Part shown: positions 23,595 to 32,000 of the stretch, piece after piece
Layout of the letters: every line of letters starts with the position of its first letter
How positions within the stretch are numbered: position 1 is the first letter of the stretch
Source of the DNA: Megasphaera elsdenii DSM 20460
Lineage (GTDB): Bacteria > Bacillota > Negativicutes > Veillonellales > Megasphaeraceae
Direction of reading: 5' to 3'
Length of the DNA stretch: 32,000 nt
Assembly (NCBI RefSeq): GCF_003010495.1
Contig: NZ_CP027570.1
Span: 1,530,001-1,562,000 of the forward strand
Notes under the pieces: model-generated
Told to the model about the DNA's origin: nothing
Database searches by the model: none
The model's input: the letters and a program-made list of their open reading frames with translations, nothing else
Translations under genes and position numbers: made by a program

Positions 23595-23990
23595 ATGATC
23601 ATGGAAATGGATGTGTTGCGTATGTTGGTGAGGAAAGCCGGGAACATACATGGTGACAAGAGCATACCCTTATGGCGGACGGCTGCTGTAGACGCAATCC
23701 GGCGAGGGGCGACATTCGTCCTTATACCGATTGGAATGATTGCGGCCATCGTAATTGTATCCAATCTCCTGACCTCCTGGGCATACCAGCAGAGCGGAGA
23801 GCTCATGGAGGTGAAGCGCGAGACGCAGCAGTTACAGCGCGAAAACGATGAATTGCGCGTCGAGATTTCCAAATTGGAAACACCGGAACGAATTTACACG
23901 ACCGCGACGAAGCGACTCGGCATGGTAGCGCCGTCACGGATCCTTTACGGGAACCAGACGGATCAAGCCGCAAGGGGAAAACGTCGATAA
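23595..23990 (+). CDS. ftsL: Cell division protein FtsL-like (bitopic, coiled coil)
   Basis: Position after rsmH. Single TM (FVLIPIGMIAAIVIVSNLL), a coiled coil (ETQQLQRENDELRVEISKLE), then PERIYTTATKRLGM. The exact start is uncertain. Confidence 0.65.
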   Translation: MIMEMDVLRMLVRKAGNIHGDKSIPLWRTAAVDAIRRGATFVLIPIGMIAAIVIVSNLLTSWAYQQSGELMEVKRETQQLQRENDELRVEISKLETPERIYTTATKRLGMVAPSRILYGNQTDQAARGKRR

Positions 23991-24004
23991 TTGCTTAAAA
24001 CCGA

Positions 24005-24033
24005 GAGGTCGACGCACTTCGTGCGACGACCTC
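24005..24033 (+). terminator. Strong hairpin between ftsL and murE (attenuator, terminator or processing element)
   Basis: GAGGTCGACGCAC-ttc-GTGCGACGACCTC (12 bp plus one A-A mismatch), followed by ATTGTTATTTAG, which is only a moderately T-rich tail. Confidence 0.4.
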
Positions 24034-24085
24034 ATTGTTATTTAGTTCATAGAGAATACAGAAAAAGAATCATCAAGGAGGACCT

Positions 24086-25597
24086 ATGATTATGACCAAA
24101 ACGGTAGGAGAACTTTGCAAACAGATCAAAGGCATTTATAATCTCAACGGCAGTGCCGATACAGTGATTACCGGTATTTCGTCGGATTCACGCCAGATTG
24201 AAGCCGGCTATCTCTTCGTCTGCATTTCCGGTGTCCACGTCGATGGCGCCGCTTTTGCAGCCCAGGCTGTCGAAAAAGGGGCCGTCGCCGTCTTGACGAC
24301 GAAACACCTGGATTTGCCCAAGAGCACGGTCCAGATCCAGGTACCGGATATTCATCATGCCCTGGAAGACATGGTTCCTTTCTTTTATGATTATCCCGGC
24401 AAGAAGATGCGCATGATCGGTGTCACCGGCACCAACGGCAAGACAACGACGACCCACATCATCGCCCATATCCTGCGGGCTGCCGGCTACCATGTCGGCG
24501 TCATCGGCACGATCCATGCCCTCATCGACGATGAAGAGCTGCCGATCCACAACACGACGCCGGATGTCGTCGAACTCCAGCATTTCCTGGCCCTCATGCA
24601 GGAAAAAGGCATGACCCATGTCGTCATGGAAGTATCGAGCCATGCCCTGGCTCTGAACCGCGTCGCCGGCATCGAATACGATACGGCTGTCTTCACCAAC
24701 CTGACCCAGGACCATCTCGACTTCCACAAGACCATGGAAAACTACGTCGCTGCCAAGGCTAAACTCTTCCAGAGCCTGACCGCTGCCGACCACGTCAAGG
24801 AAAACAAGACGGCTGTCGTCAACATCGACGACCCCTGGTCCAAGGATATCCTCAATGCCTGCCACTGCAAGGTCTTGACGTATGGCGTCGAAAAGGATGC
24901 CGACCTCAAAGGGTCCAACTTGAAAGTCGAATTGAAGAAATCCTCTTTCGACGTCGTCGGCCCCTTCGTCAATGTCCATCTCAACATGAACATTACGGGC
25001 TTGTTCAACGTCTATAATACGCTGGCTGCCATCGGCGCGGCTCATGCCGAAGGTGTCGATGAAGCGACCATCGACAAGGCCATCCAGACCTTCCATTCCG
25101 TACCGGGCCGTTTTGAACTCGTCGAAGCCGGTCAGGATTTCGCCATCGTCGTCGACTATTCCCATACGCCGGACAGCCTGCAGAAAGCCCTGGAAACGGC
25201 GCGGGCTATGAAACCGAACCGCATCCTTGCCGTCTTTGGCTGCGGCGGCGACCGCGATAAGACCAAGCGTCCCATCATGGGCCGCATCGGGGCCGAACTG
25301 GCCGATATCCCTATCGTCACGTCCGATAATCCCCGTTCGGAAAATCCGGAAACCATCGTAGAAGAAGTCGAAGCCGGCGTCAAAGAAGGTCTGAAGCCGG
25401 GCCAGCACCATGAAGTCATCGTCAACCGCCGCGACGCCATTTACCGCGCTGTCGAACTGGCCCAGACCAATGACATCATCGTCATTGCCGGTAAAGGCCA
25501 TGAAACGTATCAGATCCTCAATGACGGGACCATTCATTTCGACGACCGCGAAGAAGCGCGCAACGCCGTCCATGCATTGCACAGAGGAGATAAATAA
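24086..25597 (+). CDS. murE: UDP-N-acetylmuramoyl-L-alanyl-D-glutamate--2,6-diaminopimelate ligase
   Basis: GVTGTNGKTTT P-loop and the DNPR motif (TSDNPRSENP) diagnostic of meso-DAP-adding MurE. Start at 24086 or 24092. Confidence 0.92.
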   Translation: MIMTKTVGELCKQIKGIYNLNGSADTVITGISSDSRQIEAGYLFVCISGVHVDGAAFAAQAVEKGAVAVLTTKHLDLPKSTVQIQVPDIHHALEDMVPFFYDYPGKKMRMIGVTGTNGKTTTTHIIAHILRAAGYHVGVIGTIHALIDDEELPIHNTTPDVVELQHFLALMQEKGMTHVVMEVSSHALALNRVAGIEYDTAVFTNLTQDHLDFHKTMENYVAAKAKLFQSLTAADHVKENKTAVVNIDDPWSKDILNACHCKVLTYGVEKDADLKGSNLKVELKKSSFDVVGPFVNVHLNMNITGLFNVYNTLAAIGAAHAEGVDEATIDKAIQTFHSVPGRFELVEAGQDFAIVVDYSHTPDSLQKALETARAMKPNRILAVFGCGGDRDKTKRPIMGRIGAELADIPIVTSDNPRSENPETIVEEVEAGVKEGLKPGQHHEVIVNRRDAIYRAVELAQTNDIIVIAGKGHETYQILNDGTIHFDDREEARNAVHALHRGDK

Positions 25598-26967
25598 TGG
25601 CTGTCTTTACGAGTGAAGAAATCATTCAAGCGACAGGCGCCCGGCTCCTGAAGCCGGCGGCTCCTGTTTCTTTCAGCGAGGTCTGCACGGATACGCGGGC
25701 CATTGCCAAAGGTTCACTGTTCGTCGCCTTCAAAGGGACGTCTTTTAACGGCCACGACTTCGTAGGCAAAGCCTTGGAAGCCGGCGCTGCCGGTGCTGTC
25801 GTATCGGAAGTACGCCCGGAATATGAAGGCCTGACGGCGCCGCTCTTCGTCGTTGCCGATACGCTCAAGGCCTATCAGAACCTGGCCCGGTTCCACCGCC
25901 GCCGCTTTTCCATCCCCGTCGTGGCTGTCACCGGCTCTGTCGGCAAGACGTCGACGCGCAATATGATTGCCACGGTCCTCGGTGAAAAATACAAGGTCCT
26001 GCAGACGGAAAAGAATTTCAACAATGAAATCGGCCTGCCTAAGACGCTCTTACAGCTGACGCCGGACCATGAAGCGTGCGTCGTAGAAATGGGCATGCGC
26101 GGTCTTGGACAGATTGCTGAACTGGCGGCTATCGGCGAACCGACCATCGGTGTCGTCACCAACGTCGGCAAGAGCCATATCGAACTGCTCGGATCGCAGG
26201 AAAACATTGCCAAGGCCAAGGGCGAACTCATCCAGGCCCTGGATGAAAAGGGAACGGCTGTCCTCAATGGTGACGATCCCTTTGTCCGCCAGATGACGGC
26301 CCTGTGCCAGGGGACCAGCGTCCTCTACGGAACGGGGATGGACGATGCCGTCCGGGCAGATGCCATCGTCTGCGATGAACAGGGCGTCCGTTTCCACTGC
26401 CACTGCTTTGGCAGCGGCTTCGAGGCAGCCATGCCCGTCATCGGCCGTCACAATGTCTATAATGCCCTGGCTGCCATCGCCGTCGGCCATTTGACCGGAC
26501 TGAGTATAGAAGAGATACAGCGCGGCCTGGCCTCATACCGCGGAATGGCTATGCGTCAGGAACTGCTGCATATCGGGCCTTATACTTTCATCAACGATAC
26601 ATATAACGCCAATCCTGCGTCCATGGCAGAGGCTATCCGCACGCTGGACCTGCTGACCAAGGGACGCAAGATTGCCGTCCTCGGCGGCATGGGTGAATTG
26701 GGGGACTGGGCGAAACGGGAACATGAAGCCATTGGCCGCCTCGTCGCCCAGACCGGCCTCGACGCCCTCATTACGATGGGCAATCTGGCGAAAGATATCG
26801 CCGCTGCGGCCCAAGCGGAAGGGATGACGGCTGTCTATACGACGGATACGCATGAACAGGCGGCCCGTCAGCTGCAAGCCCTGCTCCAGGATGGCGACAC
26901 GGTCCTCCTCAAGGGATCGCGCAGCTTTGCCATGGAAAAAATACTGCCCTATTTTGAAAGGAAGTAA
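25597..26967 (+). CDS. murF: UDP-N-acetylmuramoyl-tripeptide--D-alanyl-D-alanine ligase
   Basis: TAATG overlap with murE. VTGSVGKTST P-loop, NNEIGLP and DTYNANP motifs. Confidence 0.92.
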   Translation: MAVFTSEEIIQATGARLLKPAAPVSFSEVCTDTRAIAKGSLFVAFKGTSFNGHDFVGKALEAGAAGAVVSEVRPEYEGLTAPLFVVADTLKAYQNLARFHRRRFSIPVVAVTGSVGKTSTRNMIATVLGEKYKVLQTEKNFNNEIGLPKTLLQLTPDHEACVVEMGMRGLGQIAELAAIGEPTIGVVTNVGKSHIELLGSQENIAKAKGELIQALDEKGTAVLNGDDPFVRQMTALCQGTSVLYGTGMDDAVRADAIVCDEQGVRFHCHCFGSGFEAAMPVIGRHNVYNALAAIAVGHLTGLSIEEIQRGLASYRGMAMRQELLHIGPYTFINDTYNANPASMAEAIRTLDLLTKGRKIAVLGGMGELGDWAKREHEAIGRLVAQTGLDALITMGNLAKDIAAAAQAEGMTAVYTTDTHEQAARQLQALLQDGDTVLLKGSRSFAMEKILPYFERK

Positions 26968-26972
26968 TGTGA

Positions 26973-27938
26973 ATGTTTAAAATGCTGGTTTTCAGCTTTA
27001 TTGTCAGCTTGGTCATCGGCCTGGCCTTAGGACCTTTTGTCATCAAGGAATTGAAGAAATTCCACGCCCGCCAGTCCGAACGAGAAGAAGGGCCGCAGAG
27101 CCATAAGTATAAAGCCGGTACGCCGACTATGGGGGGCATCCTCATCCTGACGGCGCTGACCGTATCGTGCCTCATTTTCGACCCCATGGACCTGCGCAAA
27201 GGGCTGGCTTTGTTCCTGGCCCTGGGCCATGGCGTCATCGGCTTCCTCGACGACAGCATCAAGGCCATCAAGCACCGCAACCTGGGCCTTACGGCAAAAC
27301 AGAAACTGGCCGGCCAGTTCGTCATGGCAGCTGTCTTCTGCTATATCCTCGATGCCTTTCTTCATTTCCCGACGACTTTGTGGATTCCCTTTACTTCCAT
27401 CACCGTCGATCTGGGGATGTTCTACTATCTCTTCGTCTTCGTCATGATCGTCGGCACGAGCAATGCCGTCAATCTGACCGATGGCCTCGACGGCCTGGCT
27501 GCCGGGTCCTGCGCCATTACGTCCGTGGCCTACGTCGTCATCGCCGTCGCTTTGGGCTATTCCCATTTTGCCATCTTTGGGACGGCACTGACCGGGGCCT
27601 GCCTGGGCTTTCTCTTCTATAACCAGCATCCGGCCAAGATGTTCATGGGCGATACGGGTTCCCTGGCACTGGGTGGGGCCTTGGCTGCCATGGCCATCCT
27701 GACCAAGACGGAACTGCTCCTCATCCTGGCTGGCGGCCTGTACGTCATTGAAGCCCTGTCGGTCATCATCCAGGTCATCTCCTTCAAGACCCGCGGGGTC
27801 CGCGTCTTCAAGATGAGCCCCATTCACCACCATTTTGAATTGTCTGGCTGGAGTGAAGTCAAGGTCGTCACCGTATTCTGGAGCTTTTCGGCTCTCATGG
27901 CAATTCTGTCCATCATCGTCGTATTGGCCTGCAAATAA
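26973..27938 (+). CDS. mraY: Phospho-N-acetylmuramoyl-pentapeptide transferase
   Basis: KAGTPTMGG, DDSIK, NAVNLTDGLDGLA, MGDTGSLALGG and PIHHHFE motifs. 10 TM. Confidence 0.95.
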   Translation: MFKMLVFSFIVSLVIGLALGPFVIKELKKFHARQSEREEGPQSHKYKAGTPTMGGILILTALTVSCLIFDPMDLRKGLALFLALGHGVIGFLDDSIKAIKHRNLGLTAKQKLAGQFVMAAVFCYILDAFLHFPTTLWIPFTSITVDLGMFYYLFVFVMIVGTSNAVNLTDGLDGLAAGSCAITSVAYVVIAVALGYSHFAIFGTALTGACLGFLFYNQHPAKMFMGDTGSLALGGALAAMAILTKTELLLILAGGLYVIEALSVIIQVISFKTRGVRVFKMSPIHHHFELSGWSEVKVVTVFWSFSALMAILSIIVVLACK

Positions 27939-27994
27939 GGGCTTGCGGCTTTTCTGATTGAACTACGATATTTTACATAAAGCAGGTGTTGGTA

Positions 27995-29362
27995 ATGAGC
28001 ATCATGGATTTTTCTGGAAAAAATTTCTTAGTCATCGGCGCAGGCATCAGCGGCCGCGCTGCCTCTGTGGTCCTGGCCGGCCATGGCGGGACTGTTACGC
28101 TGAATGATATGAAGGCTATCGACACGGCCGAACAGCCGTGGCCGGATATCGAGGCGGCCGGCGTCAAGCTGGTCTTCGGCAGCCAGGAAACGAATCTTCT
28201 CGACGGCATGGATGTCGTCGTCCCGTCGCCGGTCATTTCTCCGGAAATCCCAATCATGAAAGAAGCCATCCGCCGCGGCCTGCCGATTTGGAGTGAAGTC
28301 GAAGTGGCCTGCCGGGTTACCGATGCCGACGTGATCGGTATTACCGGGACGAACGGCAAGACGACGACGACGACCCTGGTCGGCGAAATCATGAAGGCCA
28401 CGGGACGGCAGACTGTCGTCGGCGGCAATATCGGGTATGGCCTTTCGGCTCAGGCCGACAATCTGCCTGAGGAGGCCGTCGTCGTCGCCGAACTTTCCAG
28501 TTTCCAGCTCGAATTTACGCACAGCATCAAGGCCAAAGCGGCGACGATCCTCAACATCACACCGGACCACCTGGACCGCCATCATACGATGGAAGGCTAT
28601 GCCGCTGCCAAGGAACGCATCTTCCTCAATCAGGACAAGGGCGATTATGCCGTCCTCAATTACGACGATGAACGGGTCCGGGCCATGGCGGGAGACATGA
28701 CGGGGACTGTCGTCTATTTCTCGACGTGCGGCGAAGTCCCGGAAGGGGCATTCTATCAGGACGGCCAGCTCATCCTGCGCCTCCAGGGCCGGGATACCGT
28801 CGTCTGTGCCGAAACGGACCTGCACCTCTTTGGCAAGCATAATATCCAGAATTGCCTGGCTGCGATCCTCTTGACCTATGCTGCCGGGGCGCCCCTCGAT
28901 GTCATCCGTCAGGTCCTCAAGGATTTCAAGGGCGTCGAACACCGCCTGGAAAAAGTACGGACCCTTCACGGCGTTACCTATTACAACGACTCGAAGGGGA
29001 CCAACGTCGATGCGTCCATGAAAGCTTTGGAAGCCTTCCCCCAGGGACACCTCATCCTCATCGCCGGCGGCTATGACAAGATGACGCCGCTCGATGACTT
29101 CATGGCTCTGGCGGCGAAACGCGTCGATACGCTGATCCTCATCGGCGATGCAGCGGAACGGTTCGAAGCCGCTGCCAAGAAAGCGGGCATCCAGGATATC
29201 CGCCGTACTGGCTACAGTATGGAAGGGGCGATCATGCTGGCCCGCAAGATTGCCAAAGCACCGCAGGCCGTCCTGTTGTCGCCGGCTTGCTCCAGCTTTG
29301 ATATGTATGACAATTTTGAACAGCGCGGACGTGTCTTCAAGGGCATTGTCAACGCCATTTAA
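27995..29362 (+). CDS. murD: UDP-N-acetylmuramoylalanine--D-glutamate ligase
   Basis: ATG at 27995 after AGCAGGTG. VIGAGISGRA Rossmann-type N-terminus, GITGTNGKTTT, and NITPDHLDRH. Confidence 0.92.
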   Translation: MSIMDFSGKNFLVIGAGISGRAASVVLAGHGGTVTLNDMKAIDTAEQPWPDIEAAGVKLVFGSQETNLLDGMDVVVPSPVISPEIPIMKEAIRRGLPIWSEVEVACRVTDADVIGITGTNGKTTTTTLVGEIMKATGRQTVVGGNIGYGLSAQADNLPEEAVVVAELSSFQLEFTHSIKAKAATILNITPDHLDRHHTMEGYAAAKERIFLNQDKGDYAVLNYDDERVRAMAGDMTGTVVYFSTCGEVPEGAFYQDGQLILRLQGRDTVVCAETDLHLFGKHNIQNCLAAILLTYAAGAPLDVIRQVLKDFKGVEHRLEKVRTLHGVTYYNDSKGTNVDASMKALEAFPQGHLILIAGGYDKMTPLDDFMALAAKRVDTLILIGDAAERFEAAAKKAGIQDIRRTGYSMEGAIMLARKIAKAPQAVLLSPACSSFDMYDNFEQRGRVFKGIVNAI

Positions 29363-29392
29363 TGATATTTGAAATCAACAGGAGGCAGGAAC

Positions 29393-30514
29393 ATGCGTCG
29401 AGTCATTATTTCCGGAGGCGGCACTGGCGGCCATATCTACCCGGCGATTACTATTGCCCGGGCGATTGCCGACATCGAGCCTACCGAATTTCTCTACGTC
29501 GGCTCCAAAATCGGCCTGGAAAATACATTGATTCCTAAAGAAGGCTTGCCTTTCGTTACCCTCGATGTGCGGGGCCTGGAACGGAAGATTTCCGTCCGCA
29601 ACCTCGTCACCCTGGGCAAGACGGCAGGCAGCCTGATCAAGGCAGAAGGAATCATCCGCAAATTCAAACCGGACGTCGTCATCGGGACGGGCGGTTTCGT
29701 CTGCGGCCCGGTCCTTTTGGCAGCCAGCCTGAGCGGTGTGCCCACACTGATTCAGGAACAGAACGTCATCCCTGGCGTCACCAATACGATTTTGAGCCGC
29801 TTCGTCAATCGCGTAGCCCTGGGCTATGAAGAAGCAGCTGCCCGTTTCAAGCGCAAAGATATCCTGGTCTATACGGGGAATCCTGTCCGCAAGGATATCC
29901 TTACGGTGACCCGGGAGGAAGGCCGTAAGGCCCTGGGCCTGGACCCGGATAAATTTACGCTCCTCGTCGCCGGCGGCAGCCGCGGTGCCCGCAGCATCAA
30001 TACGGCGATGATCGAAGTCCACAAGTACTTCCGCAACGACGAACATATCCAGATCCTCCACGTCACGGGGGACCATGAATACGACCGCGTCGTCAAACAG
30101 CTGCCAGGTATCGAATGTCGCGGCCGTTATGGCAAGGGAAGCCGCATCATCCCTTATCTGCACCACATGCCGGAAGCCTTGGCCGCTTGTGACCTGGCCG
30201 TGTACCGGGCCGGGGCTGTCGGGCTGGCTGAACTGACTGTCCGCGGCGTGCCGTCGATCCTCATTCCCTATCCGTACGCAGCCGAAGACCACCAGCGCTA
30301 CAATGCCCAGGCCCTGGTCATGTGCGGTGCGGCCAAGATGATCCTCGACAAGATGCTGACTGGCCGGGAATTGTTGGAAGAAATCATTCATTTAAAAGAC
30401 GATCCGAAGGCGCTGGCAGCGATGGCACAGGCCAGCCGCTCCATGGGCAAGCCCCAGGCGGCACATGATATTGCTGAACTGGCCCTGTCCATTGCCCGTA
30501 AACGTCGTCGGTAA
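29393..30514 (+). CDS. murG: Undecaprenyldiphospho-muramoylpentapeptide beta-N-acetylglucosaminyltransferase
   Basis: ATG at 29393 after CAGGAGG. MRRVIISGGGTGGHIYPA G-loop, GGSRGA, and the RAGA..ELT region. Confidence 0.92.
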   Translation: MRRVIISGGGTGGHIYPAITIARAIADIEPTEFLYVGSKIGLENTLIPKEGLPFVTLDVRGLERKISVRNLVTLGKTAGSLIKAEGIIRKFKPDVVIGTGGFVCGPVLLAASLSGVPTLIQEQNVIPGVTNTILSRFVNRVALGYEEAAARFKRKDILVYTGNPVRKDILTVTREEGRKALGLDPDKFTLLVAGGSRGARSINTAMIEVHKYFRNDEHIQILHVTGDHEYDRVVKQLPGIECRGRYGKGSRIIPYLHHMPEALAACDLAVYRAGAVGLAELTVRGVPSILIPYPYAAEDHQRYNAQALVMCGAAKMILDKMLTGRELLEEIIHLKDDPKALAAMAQASRSMGKPQAAHDIAELALSIARKRRR

Positions 30515-30542
30515 CAGGTAAAGAAGGGTGTGGAATAAACCT

Positions 30543-31931
30543 ATGGTTAATCTGAACGAGGTTACAAACGTTCATTTTATCGGCATTGCCGGCGCCGGAA
30601 TGCGGGCAATTGCCAATGTTTTCATTGAAAAAGGATATCATGTATCCGGTTCGGATCTCAAAGCGTCGCCGGTGACGGAACAGTTCGCGAAAAAAGGGGC
30701 CCGTATCTGCATCGGCCAGCGTCCGGAAAATCTGAAGGATGCCCAGGTCGTCGTCATTTCGTCGGCCATCCGCGATACTAACGTAGAACTGGCCGAAGCG
30801 CGCCGCCGCGGGATTCCGGTCATCCATCGGTCCGATGCCCTGGTCCACATCATGAGCTGGGGGAAGGGGATTTCTGTAGCCGGTGCCCATGGCAAGACGA
30901 CGACGTCGTCCATGCTGGGCCAGGTCTTCGAAGAATGTCATCAGGACCCGACCATCGTCATCGGCGGCGAAGTCGATTACCTGCATAGCAATTCCATCCT
31001 GGGGAAAGGCCCTTATGTTATTGCCGAAGCCGATGAAAGCGATGGGACTTTCCTCAAGCAGAACCCTTATATTGCCGTCGTCACCAATATCGACGCCGAC
31101 CATATGGACCATTATGGCTCGCTGGACAACGTCATCGACGCCTTCAAGCAGTTCATCCAGAAGCTCGATCCCCAGGATGGCCTGGCTGTCCTGTGCTTTG
31201 AAAACGATAAGATCCGGGCCCTGGCTCCGAAGACGGAACGGCGTTATGTATCGTATGGCCTTGAACAGCCGGCGGACTATCAGGCCAAAGACCTTCATTA
31301 CATCAAGGGCAAGCTCCATTTCTCCGTCTATAAGCATGGCGAAAAAATGGGGGACATGGTCCTCAACGTACCGGGGCGCCATAACGTCCTCAACGCACTG
31401 GCGACAACAGCCGTCGCCGATGCCTGCGGCCTTCCCTTTGAAGGCATCGCTTCGGCTATGAGTCATTTCCACGGTGCCAAACGGCGTTTCCAGACCAAGG
31501 GCTTTGTCGGCGACGTCTGGGTCGTCGATGATTACGCCCATCATCCGACGGAAATCAATGCGACCCTGACAGCAGCCCGCGATATGGGGACGCACCGCGT
31601 GGTCTGCCTCTTCCAGCCGCATCGCTATACGCGGACGAAACTGCTCCTCGACCAGTATGGCAGCGCCTTTGCCAAGGCTGATAAGCTCATCATCACCGAC
31701 GTCTACAGTGCCGGTGAAGACCCCATTCCCGGCGTGTCGGGAGAACTCATTGCCCGGAAGGTCAAGGAAACGACAGGGCAGGATGTCACCTATATCCCGC
31801 ATAAGGAAGATTTAGTGGCTTATTTGAAGGAAAATTCCCGTCCCCTCGACCTGGTCATCACCATGGGAGCCGGAGATATTTATAAAGTCGGCGAAGCCTA
31901 TCTCGCTGAAGCTAAAGAAATGGAGAAATAA
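30543..31931 (+). CDS. murC: UDP-N-acetylmuramate--L-alanine ligase
   Basis: VHFIGIAGAGM, AGAHGKTTTSSM P-loop and DDYAHHPTEI. Start is ATG 30543 (weak RBS) or GTG 30528. Confidence 0.9.
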   Translation: MVNLNEVTNVHFIGIAGAGMRAIANVFIEKGYHVSGSDLKASPVTEQFAKKGARICIGQRPENLKDAQVVVISSAIRDTNVELAEARRRGIPVIHRSDALVHIMSWGKGISVAGAHGKTTTSSMLGQVFEECHQDPTIVIGGEVDYLHSNSILGKGPYVIAEADESDGTFLKQNPYIAVVTNIDADHMDHYGSLDNVIDAFKQFIQKLDPQDGLAVLCFENDKIRALAPKTERRYVSYGLEQPADYQAKDLHYIKGKLHFSVYKHGEKMGDMVLNVPGRHNVLNALATTAVADACGLPFEGIASAMSHFHGAKRRFQTKGFVGDVWVVDDYAHHPTEINATLTAARDMGTHRVVCLFQPHRYTRTKLLLDQYGSAFAKADKLIITDVYSAGEDPIPGVSGELIARKVKETTGQDVTYIPHKEDLVAYLKENSRPLDLVITMGAGDIYKVGEAYLAEAKEMEK

Positions 31932-31935
31932 GGAA

Positions 31936-32000
31936 ATGGAAGACATGAAAGATAAAAAAATTGCCGTCGTCGTCGGCGGTCCTTCGACAGAAGCAGAAGT
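31936..32000 (+). CDS. ddl: Probable D-alanine--D-alanine ligase, first 21 codons only
   Basis: AGGAAATGG..ATG gives MEDMKDKKIAVVVGGPSTEAEV, matching the KIAV-x-x-GG-x-S-x-E-x-EVS start of Ddl. Truncated by the window edge. Confidence 0.55.
   Translation, partial: MEDMKDKKIAVVVGGPSTEAE

Noticed and set aside
2885-29392. Upstream-extended start codons given by the ORF track for queT (2885), folB (7159), folK (7520), deoD (12305), queE (14263), mraZ (22171), murD (27986) and murG (29369)
   Set aside because: In each case an internal ATG preceded by a strong AGGAGG-type SD gives the canonical family N-terminus. The extension would run through the SD, an upstream gene end or (for mraZ) the operator.
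4839-31802. Long antisense or off-frame ORFs, e.g. 4839..5582(+), 9153..10145(-), 14242..14988(-), 14996..15709(+), 16613..17242(+), 18295..19041(-), 20020..21153(-), 24188..25582(-), 28028..29050(-), 29375..30391(-) and 30384..31802(-)
   Set aside because: Each lies fully within a gene on the other strand that has unmistakable family motifs. They lack RBSs and have Asp/Gly/Arg/Val-rich compositions characteristic of antisense frames, and no domain-like patterns.
1-32000. Defence island, prophage or other horizontally acquired block
   Set aside because: There is no integrase, recombinase, phage structural gene, restriction-modification, Cas, reverse transcriptase or STAND/ATPase-nuclease type gene. 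Composition and codon style look uniform by eye, and the genes are core metabolism, envelope and cell division.

Overview
Chromosomal, mostly housekeeping window from a moderately GC-rich Firmicute. Strong AGGAGG-type ribosome-binding sites and a meso-DAP-type MurE fit a Negativicutes/Veillonellaceae-like organism, but the taxon is a guess. Left to right: (1) the 5' part of an acetolactate-synthase-family TPP enzyme on the minus strand, absent from the ORF track because it runs off the window; (2) a small unannotated type I toxin-like locus; (3) DUF523 and signal peptidase I; (4) a preQ1-I riboswitch followed by queT-queF; (5) a secreted hypothetical protein and an acyltransferase-3 membrane protein; (6) a tightly packed run of membrane protein, DUF3592, folE, folB, folK, an OmpR-type response regulator and a histidine kinase; (7) a minus-strand operon of a GalT-like DUF4931 protein, a metallophosphoesterase and a 76-aa protein; (8) deoD, a PF04909-type amidohydrolase, queD and queE; (9) a DEDDh exonuclease, an unannotated 44-aa lipoprotein and an aldehyde dehydrogenase; (10) a HAD phosphatase, an M16C peptidase and gluQ; (11) the start of the dcw cluster (mraZ-rsmH-ftsL-murE-murF-mraY-murD-murG-murC-ddl'). 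I see no rRNA, tRNA, CRISPR array, transposase, integrase or recognisable defence genes, and no clear-cut novel multi-gene system. The best leads are: (a) the TxpA/BsrG-like 25-aa toxin ORF with a sequestered SD and a convergent small RNA; (b) an amidohydrolase/decarboxylase-superfamily gene between deoD and queDE with no queC in the window; (c) a family of 7-nt-periodic intergenic repeat arrays sharing the 10-mer ACGAACCACG; (d) the GalT-like/phosphoesterase/small-protein operon; (e) a dcw cluster lacking ftsI and ftsW; (f) a consensus promoter nested inside a terminator hairpin. All functional calls come from reading motifs by eye. No database search was run.
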